Of a stretch of DNA of 64,000 bases, positions 1 through 12,749 are shown piece after piece; the stretch's first letter is position 1, and every line of letters starts with the position of its first letter. The DNA is from Bugula neritina. Its lineage: Eukaryota; Animalia; Bryozoa. The stretch covers positions 6,491,929 to 6,555,928 of the forward strand of contig OZ037769.1 in assembly GCA_964035545.1 (NCBI GenBank), given 5' to 3'. The notes under the pieces were generated by a model. That model saw only the letters and a program-made list of their open reading frames with translations. It did not search any database and was not told the origin of the DNA. Both the position numbers and the translations under genes were made by a program.

Positions 1-1357
1 AAATTATCAAGAAGTTTATGGAGACTGGCAGTGTAGCAGATCAACCTGGAAGTGGACGACCAAGAATAAGCACACCCAGAGATGACAAGGTTCTCATTAG
101 GATCAGCAAGAAGGATCCTCATAAAACAAGTTCTGAGTTGGCAAAGAATGCTCAGAATCAACAGGAACAGCAGCGTCGACATCCCAGATAATGTGAAGAT
201 TGCTGAGCCGTCGTCTACGTGGCTGCAAAGCAAGAAGGAAGCCTCTACTAACCGAGAAGTAGCAAAAAACCAGCTACGGTGGGCCAAGGAGCATGGTATA
301 GTTAGACAGTGAGTGCTTAGAAAAAAGTGATTATTTCAGATGAATCCACATTTAATGTGAACAATCATGCTGGAAACTGTTTTGTTAGAAAATACCAGTA
401 TGAGAAATATAACCCCTTATGTGTTCTTCGAACAATTAAGCACCCTATCGGTGTTATGTTCTGGGGTTGTATAACATCAAAAAGTGTAGGTCGACTCATT
501 AATTGCTCTGGAATGATGTTAATGCTCAAAAATATATGGAGAATCTCAATGCTAAACTTCTTCCAATCATAAAAAACTACTTTTTAAATGAAATTAACAT
601 ATTTGAAGATGACAATGCACCATGCCATTGGGCAAAAACTGTTGAAGAGTGGATGAAAAAGCAGAGGGTCTCAACGCTTAACTGGCCAGCACACAGCCGG
701 GACTTGAACCCAATAAGAAATTCATGGTCAAGAACGGCTAAAATAGTCTCTTCACAGAAACCAACAACTAAGGTGACACTCATAGAGCCTGTAATTCATG
801 CATGGCATCATGTGGTGACTGAAAACGAGTTAAGTTGCGTTTATACCTTCACGATTTTCGGTCAAAATTTCAATTTGGCCGGGTTGAAATTTCTCCGAGT
901 TGCATTGCATTGTAAAAGGCACTCGTTGAAATTTTTGTACTGTGATAACTTAATCGGCCAATTTTAGAATAGGAGTAATAACTCCTTGTAAACATCGTTA
1001 TTTAGTTATTACTTTGGCGATTAGACAACGTACTTATACGGTTATAATTATATAGCCTACGCTTTCTCAATTATCGCTTTTATGCTTTCCGCTTCACTAA
1101 TTCACGACGTTTATAAAGGGCATCAAATAGCTATTATGCGAGTCAAATTTCAATTTCAGAAAGTGAGCAGCCGCATCAATATGATTTCAACGAGTTTAAG
1201 TTTGACTATAAAGGGGTACCCGGACAAGCATTATTAACTTAAACTCGGTACTTTTTTCAGCAGAGGTATAAACGCAACTTTAGAGAAGCTGTACGAGTCG
1301 ATGCCTCGTCGCTGCCGACTAGTGATTGAGAATAAAGGCTGGCCAACAAAACATTGA
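1..1357 (+). pseudogene. Tc1-like DD34E transposase pseudogene (frameshifts, stops, MITE insertion at 833-1279)
   Basis: ORFs 82-312, 327-572 and 503-967 cover successive parts of the transposase, broken by stops and frameshifts; the C-terminus resumes at 1283. Confidence 0.9.
833..1279. mobile_element. 447-bp MITE, PIF/Harbinger (Tourist)-like, copy 1
   Basis: 16-bp TIR AGTTGCGTTTATACCT...AGGTATAAACGCAACT; 3-bp TTA duplication (830-832 and 1280-1282); removal restores the Tc1 reading frame; second copy at 54755-55201. Confidence 0.93.
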
Positions 1358-2929
1358 TACTAAAATTTAAAGCACTGTGTGTTGCAATGCTGCTATAATG
1401 TGTATAACAATTCACATGTAATATTTTTTTATGTTTCAAGTAAAATATTCTAATATCCTACAGTGCACACAAATTGTGAAAAGATCGAAAAATTCCCATA
1501 TATTCATAGTATCTCATTGTTTCACCCAAATTTTGGAAGGAAGTGAAAAAAGAGACTAATAATTTATATAAATGCAATAAGGAGACCTTAAGGGTCATTT
1601 TGATAGGCACCATGCCTATGGATATGCTTTTGTTATGCCTTGAAATTAGCTTGGAACTTTGCTATTATGGAAAACAGTGAGGCGTCCTTAAACTTTTTCA
1701 CAGCACTGTAGTTATGTTCTGTTGTATTATTTGTATATGATCAAGCACTGAAGGTGTAGAGCTTAACAATAGTGTGTATAGCAATGTAGCTATACAGTAT
1801 GATAGCTATAACTAGCCTAGAATGTAGATAACCCCAAGGTGCTGATCACTTAGAACTTGACTAGCCGGTGAGTAACTTCAATACAATAACATAACAAAAA
1901 TAAGAATATATTTTACATAGTTTCTTTTTGAAATGCTATACCTACATTCATCAACATAAAACTATATTTCGAAAATATCTATTTATATTTTGTATTTATA
2001 AACTGAAAAAGAAATGAGAAAATAAAACCTTAACAAACTATTACAGACACACATTTTAAAACTTTTAGGTGCTGAGCTAAAGACTATTTTTGACCAGCTG
2101 CTTAATTTTAAATTATTTGAATTGAGCAGATCCTACAATGACAATGTGTGAACATAATTATTATTCTAACACTGGTTTAATAGCACTTTACCCAGTTATT
2201 TATTATTATTGGTTAGATATAGTTTATTACTAATTTCACAATAGTTAGAGTGAAGTTAAACCTAAAGGTAAAATTTTAATACTAAAAGTAATATGATTTA
2301 ATTTATTATTATTTAATTTGTTATCTATGATTCATCAATTTCCATTTATTGTACGTAATAACAAATCAACTTGGTAAATAAGTGTAAATAAATTTAAATT
2401 GAAGTTAAAGATTGACTTGATTAGATTTACTTGAAACTTTGCAATTGCTGTGACTTTTTTACAGCGCTGCATATTTTGCAAACCTGCTGTAAGGACTAGG
2501 ATTTAGAAAATACATAGATCGATATTCTTTAAATTTAATTCAATATGAATAAAGAATAAGTCTGGCGATTTATCATCATTTTCTTCCATTTTACGTTTAG
2601 TTTTGATTTGTTTTTTTCATTTAAACTCACCTAAAAGTTGAAGCTCCAACAACAGTTTTGGTTTTACTTGACCTTTTCGTTTTACTTTTAGATTTTTGAA
2701 AATAAATTTAAAAATTAAAAGCTTTTAATTTAAGTTTTACACTTCAAGTTCAAGCTGAAGTTTTTAAAAAAAATTACGTTCTTTACAGTAAAAGTAATTA
2801 AAAGTTTGTAACAACCTTTACTATACTTACAAAGTAAAATAATTCATATCAGCATCAAACCAAAGGTAACTAGTTTGAATCACATTTGTGTGTTGTGTTA
2901 AAGATCTATTCAGATTTAGATTTGAATAT

Positions 2930-3130
2930 CTATTTAGCAACCACGAAACTTGCCATCTTGAATGGCATTGGAAACCTGACGCTTTTCAATTGAGCTCGCG
3001 AAATTTGTGCCATAAATAAACTGACCTTAACTAGAGAGATCAATTGATTTTAGCGACACCAGCAATTCTTCATTTTCCGGTCATCAAAATGTTTTGAGCC
3101 ATTAGTCACAACAAATATAATCGCGAATTC
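2930..3130. promoter_or_regulatory. Putative MED15 promoter region
   Basis: Locally CpG-richer island ~400 bp upstream of the ATG with YY1-like GCCATCTTG, E2F-like CGCGAAA, ETS-like TTCCGG and TGACG motifs. Motif-based only. Confidence 0.4.
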
Positions 3131-3490
3131 AAAGACGAAGTCAAAATATTAATATTGCATACTTCATATCCAGTAATTGTAATACTATTACTATAATTAT
3201 TAATATTGCTATTAGTAGATCACCAACTTTATTAATAGATCTAGTTATTCATATTGATAATAGTTGAAAAAAATTTAAATACAAATATTATTATTATAAT
3301 CATGAATCAGTTTCAGTTTGAGTTGGCAAATTCACTAATCATCTAATGACTAATACTAATAGTAATACTAATACTAATAGTAATTCAAATTGATTATTGA
3401 AATTATAACTAAATTGAAATCATTCATTTTCACTTTCATTTGTATTTTGTTACTCAGTTATTGTGACTGTCTTAGTCTCTGGAATCTACA

Positions 3491-6400
3491 ATGGCTGATT
3501 CAAATGATTGGCGCAGCAATGCATCTCGTCAACAAATGATAAGGACTATGTAAGTATGAGTGCACTCATCGTCACCCTGATTAATATAACTATAAGTATA
3601 ACTATAAGACTAAGACTCAAGTTATTCTTATACTTATAATTTATAGTAAGTGTATAACTATACGTTAGCTTAAAGTTAATGTATAAGTGTAACTATAAGT
3701 GTAACTATAAGTATTTCCATTTATAGGTGAATTTTAAAATGCCAAGTGGTATTGATTCATAATTTTTTTTGTAGAGAAGCAGCTTTAAGAAAAGGGCAAA
3801 TAAACAATCAAATAGACATCAATAAGATAATGCAATTTGAAGGACAACTCTTCTCTTCATCAACAGACCGAGTATGTATAATACTTGATGATATTATTAG
3901 TCATAATGTACACATTGTGATTGCTTGCTTTTTCGTACGATTGTGTAAACTTAGTTTCAATGGCCATTTGCATAAACTGAGGGCTTGCAATTGATTGTCT
4001 TTAGAATAATACAGTTTATAATTTTATCAACTTACAACTATACTTTTTTAAATTTCATGTATGGTGACATATTTCACTCTATAAAATAAACCTAAAGCCT
4101 ACCAAGAGCGCTTATTTGTTTGGAGTCTGATGCCTCACCGTTTTTTGCAAGTACTTGTTTTAATAACTTTTTTCATTGTTATTCACTTCTTATCTTGTCA
4201 TAGGATACATATAAAGCCAAGTTGAGACAGCTCATTATACATCTCCAAAATCACCCAAGTAAGTATATTCAGTTTTTTTTACTAAAGACTGTGGTCTAAT
4301 CATCATAACCCTCTAACCAAAATTCAATTGAGAGCTAATTGAAACAATAAAAACTGTATCTAATAGTGATTTTAGAATTTAAACGTTCAATATTTTCCAA
4401 ACCTGAAAGGATGCTGTTAACAGTGGTAAATATGGTAAAGGTGTATGAGGCACAGCCTAGTATCCAACTCATTAATGTATAAGCTATTGTTGAGCTAACA
4501 AGTGTAGGTTAATTGCTTATAAAAATTTTGTTTTTATGTTCATGCTCCAAGGAGCCGAGCCTCTTGTTTGTAACATTACATTTGCTCCTCAACTTTCAGC
4601 ATCTCATCTGCATTTACCAATAAAATGGGATAACTCCTAATCTAAAATGGCAATAATTATGTCTATTAGTTGCGTCTAGGCATTAACTTTACTTAGCAGT
4701 TGGTTTTTAAAAATCATCATTATTTGAATAATGATGCAACCATACACTATGTGATAAGCCTGAGTTAGGGAAATGCTTGAAGTTTTAAAACAATATTTTT
4801 GTAAATTTGCATAACGCTCAAAATAAAAATAATTGATAAAAATATGAATAGTAGAAGTGCCATGTTGACAACTGTAGTTATCAGTTGTCAACGTACTGTT
4901 CTGCATTTACTTCTAAGAAAACTCTATTATACACATTTTCATTTTCTAAAATGAAACTGCGATCTTAAAAGGAACAACTAGTATTCAACTACTGATACTT
5001 TTAATGAACAACCTGCATGTTTCGAATGCTTTACTTCAGTTTTGTATTACAGCTAAATTATTATAATTTCGCACATCAAAATTAACTTTTTTCGGCTATG
5101 TGTAACGTATCAAAATTGTTTATCAGTTGCAGTGAAATCGGACTCCCATGGAAACCAACAGCAAGACCAGCAGCCCCCTCCTCAGCAGCAGCCGACTATT
5201 TTCCACCAGAACCAGCAGCAGCAACAGCCCACCATACCAAACATGCCTGGACAGGCAGGGCACCTGCATCAAATGCAAGGTAAGAAGCCATTGGTAATAG
5301 TTGTCATATGTGGTATGCTTAATGCTTCAACTCTGAATCTCCTTGGAAAATAGCTGGTAGCATAAGAGGTTTTTTTTTGTTCATAGTTTGGGGAAGAATT
5401 CCGATTGAATACTTTTTGCCTCAGCTTTACAAATCCTTTATGGTTGTATTTTACTGGTTATTTATGCAGCACTGTATTACTATCCTCTGGATATTTTCCA
5501 CTTGTAGGTCACCGTATGGTGTCTAATAATAGTCAGCAACTGGTATCAAACACTAGCCAGCCTATGCAGCAAATCATCAGAACACAACCCATGGGACAGA
5601 TGACTCAGCAAGTCAACCAACCCCAGGTGGTGAGTCACCAACAGCTGGGTATACAACAAATGAGTCAGCAATCTGTAAATCAGCAGCAGCTAGGTCAGCA
5701 ACCTCTGGGTCAGCATACCATGAGTCACCAGTCTATGAATCAGCAACCTACCTCATATGCCAGCGACTCTCCGTATGGCCAAACTTCTATTCCTGTAAGT
5801 CTCCATTGTTGAGTATGTACTTGTACTTACTGACTTGTTTATCGTAGTTGCTATTTGTTGTAGTGAACATCTTGGTTTTTCAATTTGACAATATTCAACT
5901 GACTGACAATATTTAACTGACTGACAGTGTTTAACTTCATTATTCTTTGTTTTTTTTTACTAAATAGGTGCTGCTGCTATTTCTGGCTTTCACCAACAGT
6001 TTATTTTATTACTATTTTCATAATCATGCTTTTTTGGCTGGTTATCATGTTATTTGTATTGATAAAGGCTCTTAAGTAAAATAATTTGTTTCCAGAAGTT
6101 CTATAAATTTTAGTTATCATGATATTTTCTCACATTTGTACCTTCAGATTTCGAGATCTCTGTATTCGCCAAGCCAAAGCCTACCGATGCATAGTCCTAC
6201 ACCAGGCATAGTCAGGGCTCCACAACCATCTCCATCTATGAGTGTCAACACACCCGCCCCTAACATACGTAGGATATTTTATTCTATCTGTTTCTTTATA
6301 CACAGTCTTCCTTATGTTCTATGTTCCATGCATGACCATATATCAGACTGAGAAACACTCTCACACTATAGCTACATACTTATTTCTCTCCTTGATTTCA

Positions 6401-9400
6401 CCATAAGCAAAGCTTTGAATTGATTGCTGTTCCACTCGCTGATTAAACAATAAACAGCTACACTCACTAACTAGTGTTCATTTCATTGTTTTCAGTTTGT
6501 TACACAGGCCTTCACACAGGCCCACACACGGGCGCACACATAGGCACACACACATAATACATATTCTTGTATAATTTTATCAAATTTATATTAGATACAT
6601 GAGAGAGCAGCTGTGGTCTAGGGGTTAGAGCATTTGCCTATTAAGCATGAAGTCATGGGTTCGAGCCTGGACAAAGGCCATTGGTGATGTTAGGAAGAGC
6701 ATCCAGTCAAAATTGCTCCTGTGTCCCATCTGAATAAGTCCTTAGCCCGATTTAACAAAAACCCTTTCCATCAGGGGTTTCTCGCAGAGATGGCGACTAT
6801 AAACTTGCATGAGTTATATAACATAAGTGTTTTCGTTTGTAGCTATGACACCTGGAGATCCACAAGCTCCGAGTCCAGTGTCACTTCCCTCACAGCCTGG
6901 TATCACACCTACTGGGGGCGATGAAGAGCAAATGTATATAGACAAAGTTCGTGAACTCTCAACGTACATTGAGCCGTTGAAAAACATGATTGCTCAGATG
7001 TCTAAGGAAGGAAAGAGCAGCCAGCCAGATTACCAGAGGAAGCTGCAAGTCATGCTCAATCTTCTTCAACCTAATAACAAGTATGTGGTATTTAGTGTTG
7101 ATACATCGTGTAATCCTGTTGAACTGTAGAAGAGGTTATATGTATCTGTAGATTTTACTGTTGTACTAGTTTAAACCAATGTTCTGCTTCTTTCGTATAA
7201 TCAAAGTCAAGTATCATCATGATCTCTTTGACTATTCTTCACCTATAAAATTACTTGCTGAACAGATTTAACAATTCTCAACATTGGAGTAAGATTTGAT
7301 TTCTATGTGTACATAATTCCGGAAAATGCATGCAATGTTGCAATTGTATTTCAACTCCAATCAGCATTTTTTACCTCAAGTAACATGCTTTAGACGGTTA
7401 TTACAGATGGAGTTTTACGGAATAAAAACTCAATTAAAAATACATTTTTTTATTTTATACTGCTTGTATCATGATTAGGTATGCATTTAATTTTTCTGTT
7501 GCAGCAAAACTTCATATCAAATGCTTTGCAAATGCGAGGATGTGTTGAAGAAATTGAATCTGCCCATGGTATGTACATTTTTCTTACATGACTGTGTTTA
7601 TGTTGTTTTGGACATACTCATAGGCAACCCCTTTCATCGAGTGTCCATGCTTTACTGGTTGACATGCAGAACATGTGTAGTATTATATGAAGTCACTCTG
7701 ACTTACTAAATACTCTCTGGTTGTGATGGGGTTTGAGCCTTGGGCACCCATCTCTTTGCAATGCAGAACAGATTATGCTATATGCTGAATTCCTACTTTC
7801 TTGGATGGATAATTATGCCTTTTATGTAGAGCTACTGTTTGACTATTATCCATTATTACAGTTGCAGCTTTTCTCAGGCTAAAGCAGAATTTTGAGTGCG
7901 AGATTGAGAATATGCTTTAGAGTTGGCTGCAGGAGTTACCTGCCACACACAATGCATTGTCAGCGGCATCACAAAGTTCTAGATTGTATTTGCCAATGGC
8001 TTAGCTGTCCTGTTATAAATTATTTCATTTTGAGATTTCACTTTCTATTCCAAATAATTTTGAAACAAAAACGTAAAAATGGTTGCCAGCCAATAAGATC
8101 ACTATCGCAGAATATTTTCCCCGCCTTCGCTCAGCATTTTGATTGCATGAAATTTGTACAAAACAGCTCAATCTTCCGCTTGTTTGAAATTTTTGCTAAC
8201 AGTCCTTTCGGAAATGTGACTCTGCAATAAGTTCCAGGTAGACGATATGATGACAGTTCATCTTTATCAATTAATTTGTGTAGTTCTGTTGATTTGTAGC
8301 CCATCAAAACAGCTGATGTCATACCTATACCAGAGCAGAGTAGTTCCCATTGGTGTCAGCCGCTGTTGACCTCAGTGGCAGAGAATATCATGAACTCATC
8401 CATGTGTAAACATGCCTTGCGACAGACATTTGGACCGGCTCTACATTCTCTCTACGGTCCCAATATTGGGTAAGATGTCTGTTTCAGTAGTTGTCTACTC
8501 CTAAGACTTATGCTGTTTGTTGGTACACACTTCAGATCCTTCTGTGTAAGATTACTGATGCACAAAGTAAATTTTTAAGCTGGGTCTTTAGTTGATGGAT
8601 GGATTTTGACGGAATACGATCAATGAGCCATTAGTATAGTCATGAATAGTATTTTAACGCCATCTTGTTTAGCTTCACAAAAATGCTTACGTAGCAGTTT
8701 GTTATGTGGATTAGCATTAATAATTATACCACCATATGAGCTAGTAATATAAGGGAACCCTGCTTTTCCATCACAGAACAACCAAAGGATGTTGGTGTGT
8801 GTAGTAGTAATTGGATATCGAATACCATCAGTTATAAATGAAGTTTATTCATAGTGTAGTGCTAATGTTATTGATTTGAATTGACTTCATGCTTTAGTAC
8901 ATGTAGTAATTCGTAATAGCTTGTGATAGAGAGTAGAAAACTGGTTATTGATGCTGTTAATGCAACTGTCAGAATAATGAAGAGTTATTGGTATAGGTGT
9001 TGTTTCTCCCATTACTTGTAGTGCTGCCGTGGAACAAGCAGCACAAAATAGAAAAAGAAAAAGTATAGGAAGTTCAGTCACAGTACCAAAGTCAGCTAGA
9101 ACTGTACCTAATCTGATACAGGGAGAGCTCGCTAGGCTTGATAAAAGGTTCAAGGTCACTAGAGACAAAAACTATGATGATGAAGAGGGGTTCCACAGTG
9201 GTATGGGGCTCAAGCTTCAGTGTAACTTAGGTTAGTAGCAGAAATATTACAGGCTGGTCCCCTCCCCCTCCCGTCTTATCATCCTTACACGTGTTTTAGC
9301 CTGAGATATCATTCAGCTTTTATGCTTCTTTTGTCACTGGAACTGAAGGTTTAATTTCTAATTTAGTAATTATTTTACAAACTGCACAAAATGAAACTTA

Positions 9401-10232
9401 CTGATGCATTAGTTACAATTCTCACCTGTTCAGACCTGCTCATAATTGTGGATTATATTTCTAATGTTTGTAATTTCCTCTGCTACTTTTACTGACAATG
9501 TTTATACCAATCATCTGCTGTGTTACTGTGTTTCAGTTGATGCAAGCCTCCCGCCTGTGCCCTCTCTCAAGTTCACTCTCTCCGACGACTACCCTACTTC
9601 TCTCCCACTTGTCGACCTAACCATGGAGCTGTACAACTCCTCCGACTTCTTTCAGGAAATCAAGACTAAGTTCCTTAGTAACTTAAAAAGGCTTCAGGAT
9701 AAATACTCGATGACTGCACTTCTTGAGACTTGGGTTAGTGAAATTTATTGAGGTAGGTGCAGTAATGGAGGAATTGAGAAAAGCCTGTGTTCTAGATTAA
9801 TAATGTAGCATAAGAAGTTATGTTCTTGCACAAATTTCAACCCGCACTCCAAACCGAAATTTAATCATAAAATTAAAGAACTTAGGCTAGATCTCAATTT
9901 CTCCACTACTGCACTTAAATGAATTTATTCTTCTAACTCGCCTTTGGTGAAACTCTGAAATGTCATGATTTTGTTAATCATATACAAAGATTTTTGAAGT
10001 GTAACTTTTCAATAAAAGTACCAGCATTTTTAACTAACTGAATTTCACAGAATTCTGATAAATTAAAATGAGGTACATGTATATCTATTCCTCTTATATT
10101 TGATACTATCCTGGCTATAACTCTGATTAACACAATTATGTATTTTTACAGTTGGCAAGTGTAAGACAAGTATGCGCGAATTTGAAAAAGGAGAAGACAT
10201 CTTTACCCTTACAAATAGAAGTCGCTACCTAA
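3491..10232 (+). CDS. MED15: Mediator of RNA polymerase II transcription subunit 15 (12 coding exons)
   Basis: Approximate exons: 3491-3549, 3775-3871, 4204-4258, 5133-5279, 5508-5794, 6149-6268, 6843-7080, 7505-7568, 8300-8469, 9022-9231, 9536-9733, 10152-10232. N-terminal KIX-like MADSNDWRSNASRQQMIRTIEAA...YKAKLRQLIIH, Q-rich middle, YIDKVRELSTYIEPLKNMI, LCKCEDVLKKL, CQPLL...RQTFGPAL, LIQGELARLDKRFKV, LPPVPSLKFTLSDDYP and SMTALLETW match MED15 family motifs. Introns are GT-AG. Confidence 0.9.
6604..6815 (+). mobile_element. tRNA-derived SINE, copy 1 (MED15 intron)
   Basis: Pol III A box (TGGTCTAGGGG) and B box (GGTTCGAGCC); colinear over ~210 bp with 58908-59125. Confidence 0.85.
9755..9916. 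mobile_element. Small foldback/MITE-like element (~160 bp) in the last MED15 intron
   Basis: AGGTGCAGTAATGGAGGAATTGAGA at 9755 is an imperfect inverted repeat of TCTCAATTTCTCCACTACTGCACTT ending at 9916; single copy in the window. Confidence 0.6.
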
Positions 10233-10441
10233 CCTCATTACTGTTCTTTTTAAACACTACAATATTTTTGCACTTCATGTTTAGATGAAATCTTTTTGTT
10301 ACTCATTAAGTCCTTAATTATGATACCCAAGCAATTTTTTTCAATGATATGACATTCTATAAACTCATATATTATAATATGTCTATAACATTAAGATCTG
10401 TCTTTGATAACTTTTTTGCAAATACAATTGCTGCAATATTG

Positions 10442-10464
10442 AATAAAATTTAGTTTCCTTTATT
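10442..10464. terminator. Opposed polyadenylation signals between convergent MED15 and TTLL9
   Basis: AATAAA on + at 10442-10447 and AATAAA on - at 10459-10464, within the 600 bp between the two stop codons. Confidence 0.45.
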
Positions 10465-10833
10465 AAAGCCTGTTAAAACATTGATGCATTTGAAATAAAT
10501 AATAAGAAGTTGGTAATGACTCAAAAATATTACTCTTGATTAATCTATTAATGTTTATACATAGTTTAGATATAGTCTGTGTTTTATAATCTACATCTTT
10601 TATCCAGCATATAATACTTCTATGTAATGCTTTCATAATATAGCAAAACATTCAGAATAACAATTTCATAATTCAGTTGACTTTTCTAACTTGAAAAAAC
10701 TACAAGCAGTAGAAAAATATATAATTGTGAAAAACAGCCTATGAATATCAGCAATTCACTCAATTATGGAAGAGCAAAGTTTGATGTCCTCCAATGTTTC
10801 ATGTAGTAGGAGTTGATTTAGCTTTGGATAGTG

Positions 10834-12374
10834 CTAACATTTTATACATCTGTGTGAGTTGCCTTTCCCTGTCATTATAACAGCCAAGGAAAGAGTTAGG
10901 AGTGTCTAAACATATAGACACATTGTCCCAGACAGAATCTTCTTCCATAATCTGGCCATCATCCCAAATCAAGTCAAATCCTTAAGTAAATAAAATGTAT
11001 GCGAATGATGGGTGCGACATATATCAAGTATTGTATTGCTATATTACAGGTGACACGTTTTCAAAGTATTATATCTTACAGCTATACTTGACTTAAATGC
11101 ATCAGAGTTTAAGGCATTTGATTATTACTTGTGCTTCATACTTGTTTTACAGAAAATTTAACTCTAAACAATCTGTTGGCCTTAATTATTATTATAGTGA
11201 AGCATTTTACTAGTACCCGCTACTACACCAGTTTACTACACATACCTCCTACTCTTTTTTCTTTGCCACTCAATCTTCCTTCTAAATCAATGATGTTGAG
11301 AACATCTGTCAAAAGTCCATATTTGAGCTCGTAATCTTCTCGGTTACTTGCAGTTAGCGATGGAGATGCATTGATCTCTATTAACCATGGCTTCAAATTT
11401 TCATCCAAAAGTATATCATAGCCGTACATCTCAAAGCAATGCTTGTCATTAATGATGACTTTTTGAACACTTTGCAGACTCTTAATATATATATTGTCCA
11501 TATCAGCAAAAGACTTGTCTACTTTTTCTGTCCCGTGTTTAGCAGTTAAATATCTGCGAAGTTGCTGAATAGACCATTTGCATCCTTTTTCAGGATCATA
11601 ATCTGGTGCTGTTTTTTGTATTGCCACATTAGTTAGATGCACGTACGTGTCATCAATAGATTCTAAGGAGTATCGGGTGTTTGAAAAACGAGCAAACCCA
11701 CTTCGGTACAACCATACTTTCAAAGGGTTATATGACGTGACCAACACGTAAATTCGAACATCAAACTTTCTGCCGTTTATTAGGTAAGGATTATGGATGT
11801 ACCTTTGAACTACGTAGGTTTCAGGTGATGGTGTCATTGGATCTGGGTTAGCATTATACTCGCCTTTTTTCCAATCAGTAATGTCTTTCAGCTTTTTAAA
11901 CAAAAATATGCCTTTACCTTGAGACTTGGCCACAGGTTTCATGATCCAAATGTGTCCAAGGCATCTTTTAAATTCTTCAACAAAAATGTGGTATTCTGAT
12001 GGCAACTCGAAAGTTGTTGGATAGAAGTCAAAAGCTTGAGCTGAACCTTTGCCATGTTCTCTCTCAACTACTTTTTTCATGCGCCTGAGGTTCTTGACCA
12101 TCAAGTTTTTTCGGGTAAGTTCGTAGTGGTTTCTAAAATGACATATCTTAACATGCTCCTGAAAATATGTGTGGTCATAGTTTTCTTTAAGCCACTCTCT
12201 ATCGCACCAATAAAAGTCCCATTCATTAGGCTGAACACTATCTTGTGTTACTTCTTGCCAATTTCTTCCTCTCAAGACATCAGCAATTGTGTTAGATAGA
12301 GATGTTCGAAATCTTATTGGTCTGTCTATAATTCCCTTTTTTAGTTCTTTTTTCCCAGCCCTAAAGTTTGACAT
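10834..12374 (-). CDS. TTLL9: Tubulin polyglutamylase TTLL9 (2 coding exons: 12374-11246 and 10980-10834)
   Basis: TTL domain motifs [81 protein letters not shown] and [15 protein letters not shown] intron joins ...KRVGG to FDLIWDDG...[20 protein letters not shown], a TTLL9-type C-terminus. Probable 5'UTR exon near 12706-12780. Confidence 0.93.
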
Positions 12375-12749
12375 GCTACTTGTTGACTTGTATCAATTCA
12401 CTAAAAGCAAAATTGCACATTATATATTTTTATATTATATAAAAATATATAGTATTCAATATTATTTATATTATTTAATTACCATTAGGCATTATGACTA
12501 TTAGTATTATCACTGACACTATGACTATGAATTCAAAGATAAACTTGTAAGAACATAAAATCAAAGATCAGTATCTTGCACTGTGATAACTGCTGCTGCA
12601 AGAAAAATGCAATTTATGAATGTTTTTATATATCACTTAGATGATAAACATTGCTTCAACAATTATTTTTTTTAAATAACAAACTAACTGTTGATATTGT
12701 TAATACCTGTTCCCCTGCTCGCTATCTTATAGCCTGTTTATTGAGTGCT

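Larger units (their letters stand above)
1..1708 (+). mobile_element. Degenerate Tc1/mariner DNA transposon (5' end outside window), interrupted by a MITE
   Basis: Fragmented transposase frames carry Tc1 motifs: GRPRIST, ISDEST (first D), VMFWGCI, FEDDNAPCH (second D) and WPAHSRDLNPIRN (third acidic residue lost). After removing the MITE the frame continues LYESMPRRCRLVIENKGWPTKH* (stop 1355-1357). The right end ...AAACTTTTTCACAGCACTG (to 1708) followed by TA is typical of a Tc1 TIR (CAGTG... on the - strand) plus TA target site. Confidence 0.9.

Noticed and set aside
829-1283. piggyBac (TTAA) classification of the 447-bp element
   Set aside because: Only TTA/TAA is duplicated at both copies, and the 3-bp model restores the Tc1 frame.
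1257-1439. 60-aa minus-strand ORF, and MITE-internal ORF 54797-55012
   Set aside because: Antisense to the Tc1 end or inside a non-coding MITE; no recognisable protein.
4456-4681. Degraded inverted repeat, possibly an old MITE
   Set aside because: Arms too mismatched and no second copy or TSD seen.
6604-6680. tRNA gene
   Set aside because: A/B boxes are present but no clean acceptor stem; the sequence continues into a shared ~140-bp body found in a second diverged copy, so it is a SINE.
7715-7785. Minus-strand tRNA-like or SINE head fragment
   Set aside because: Only a weak B-box-like match; not supportable.
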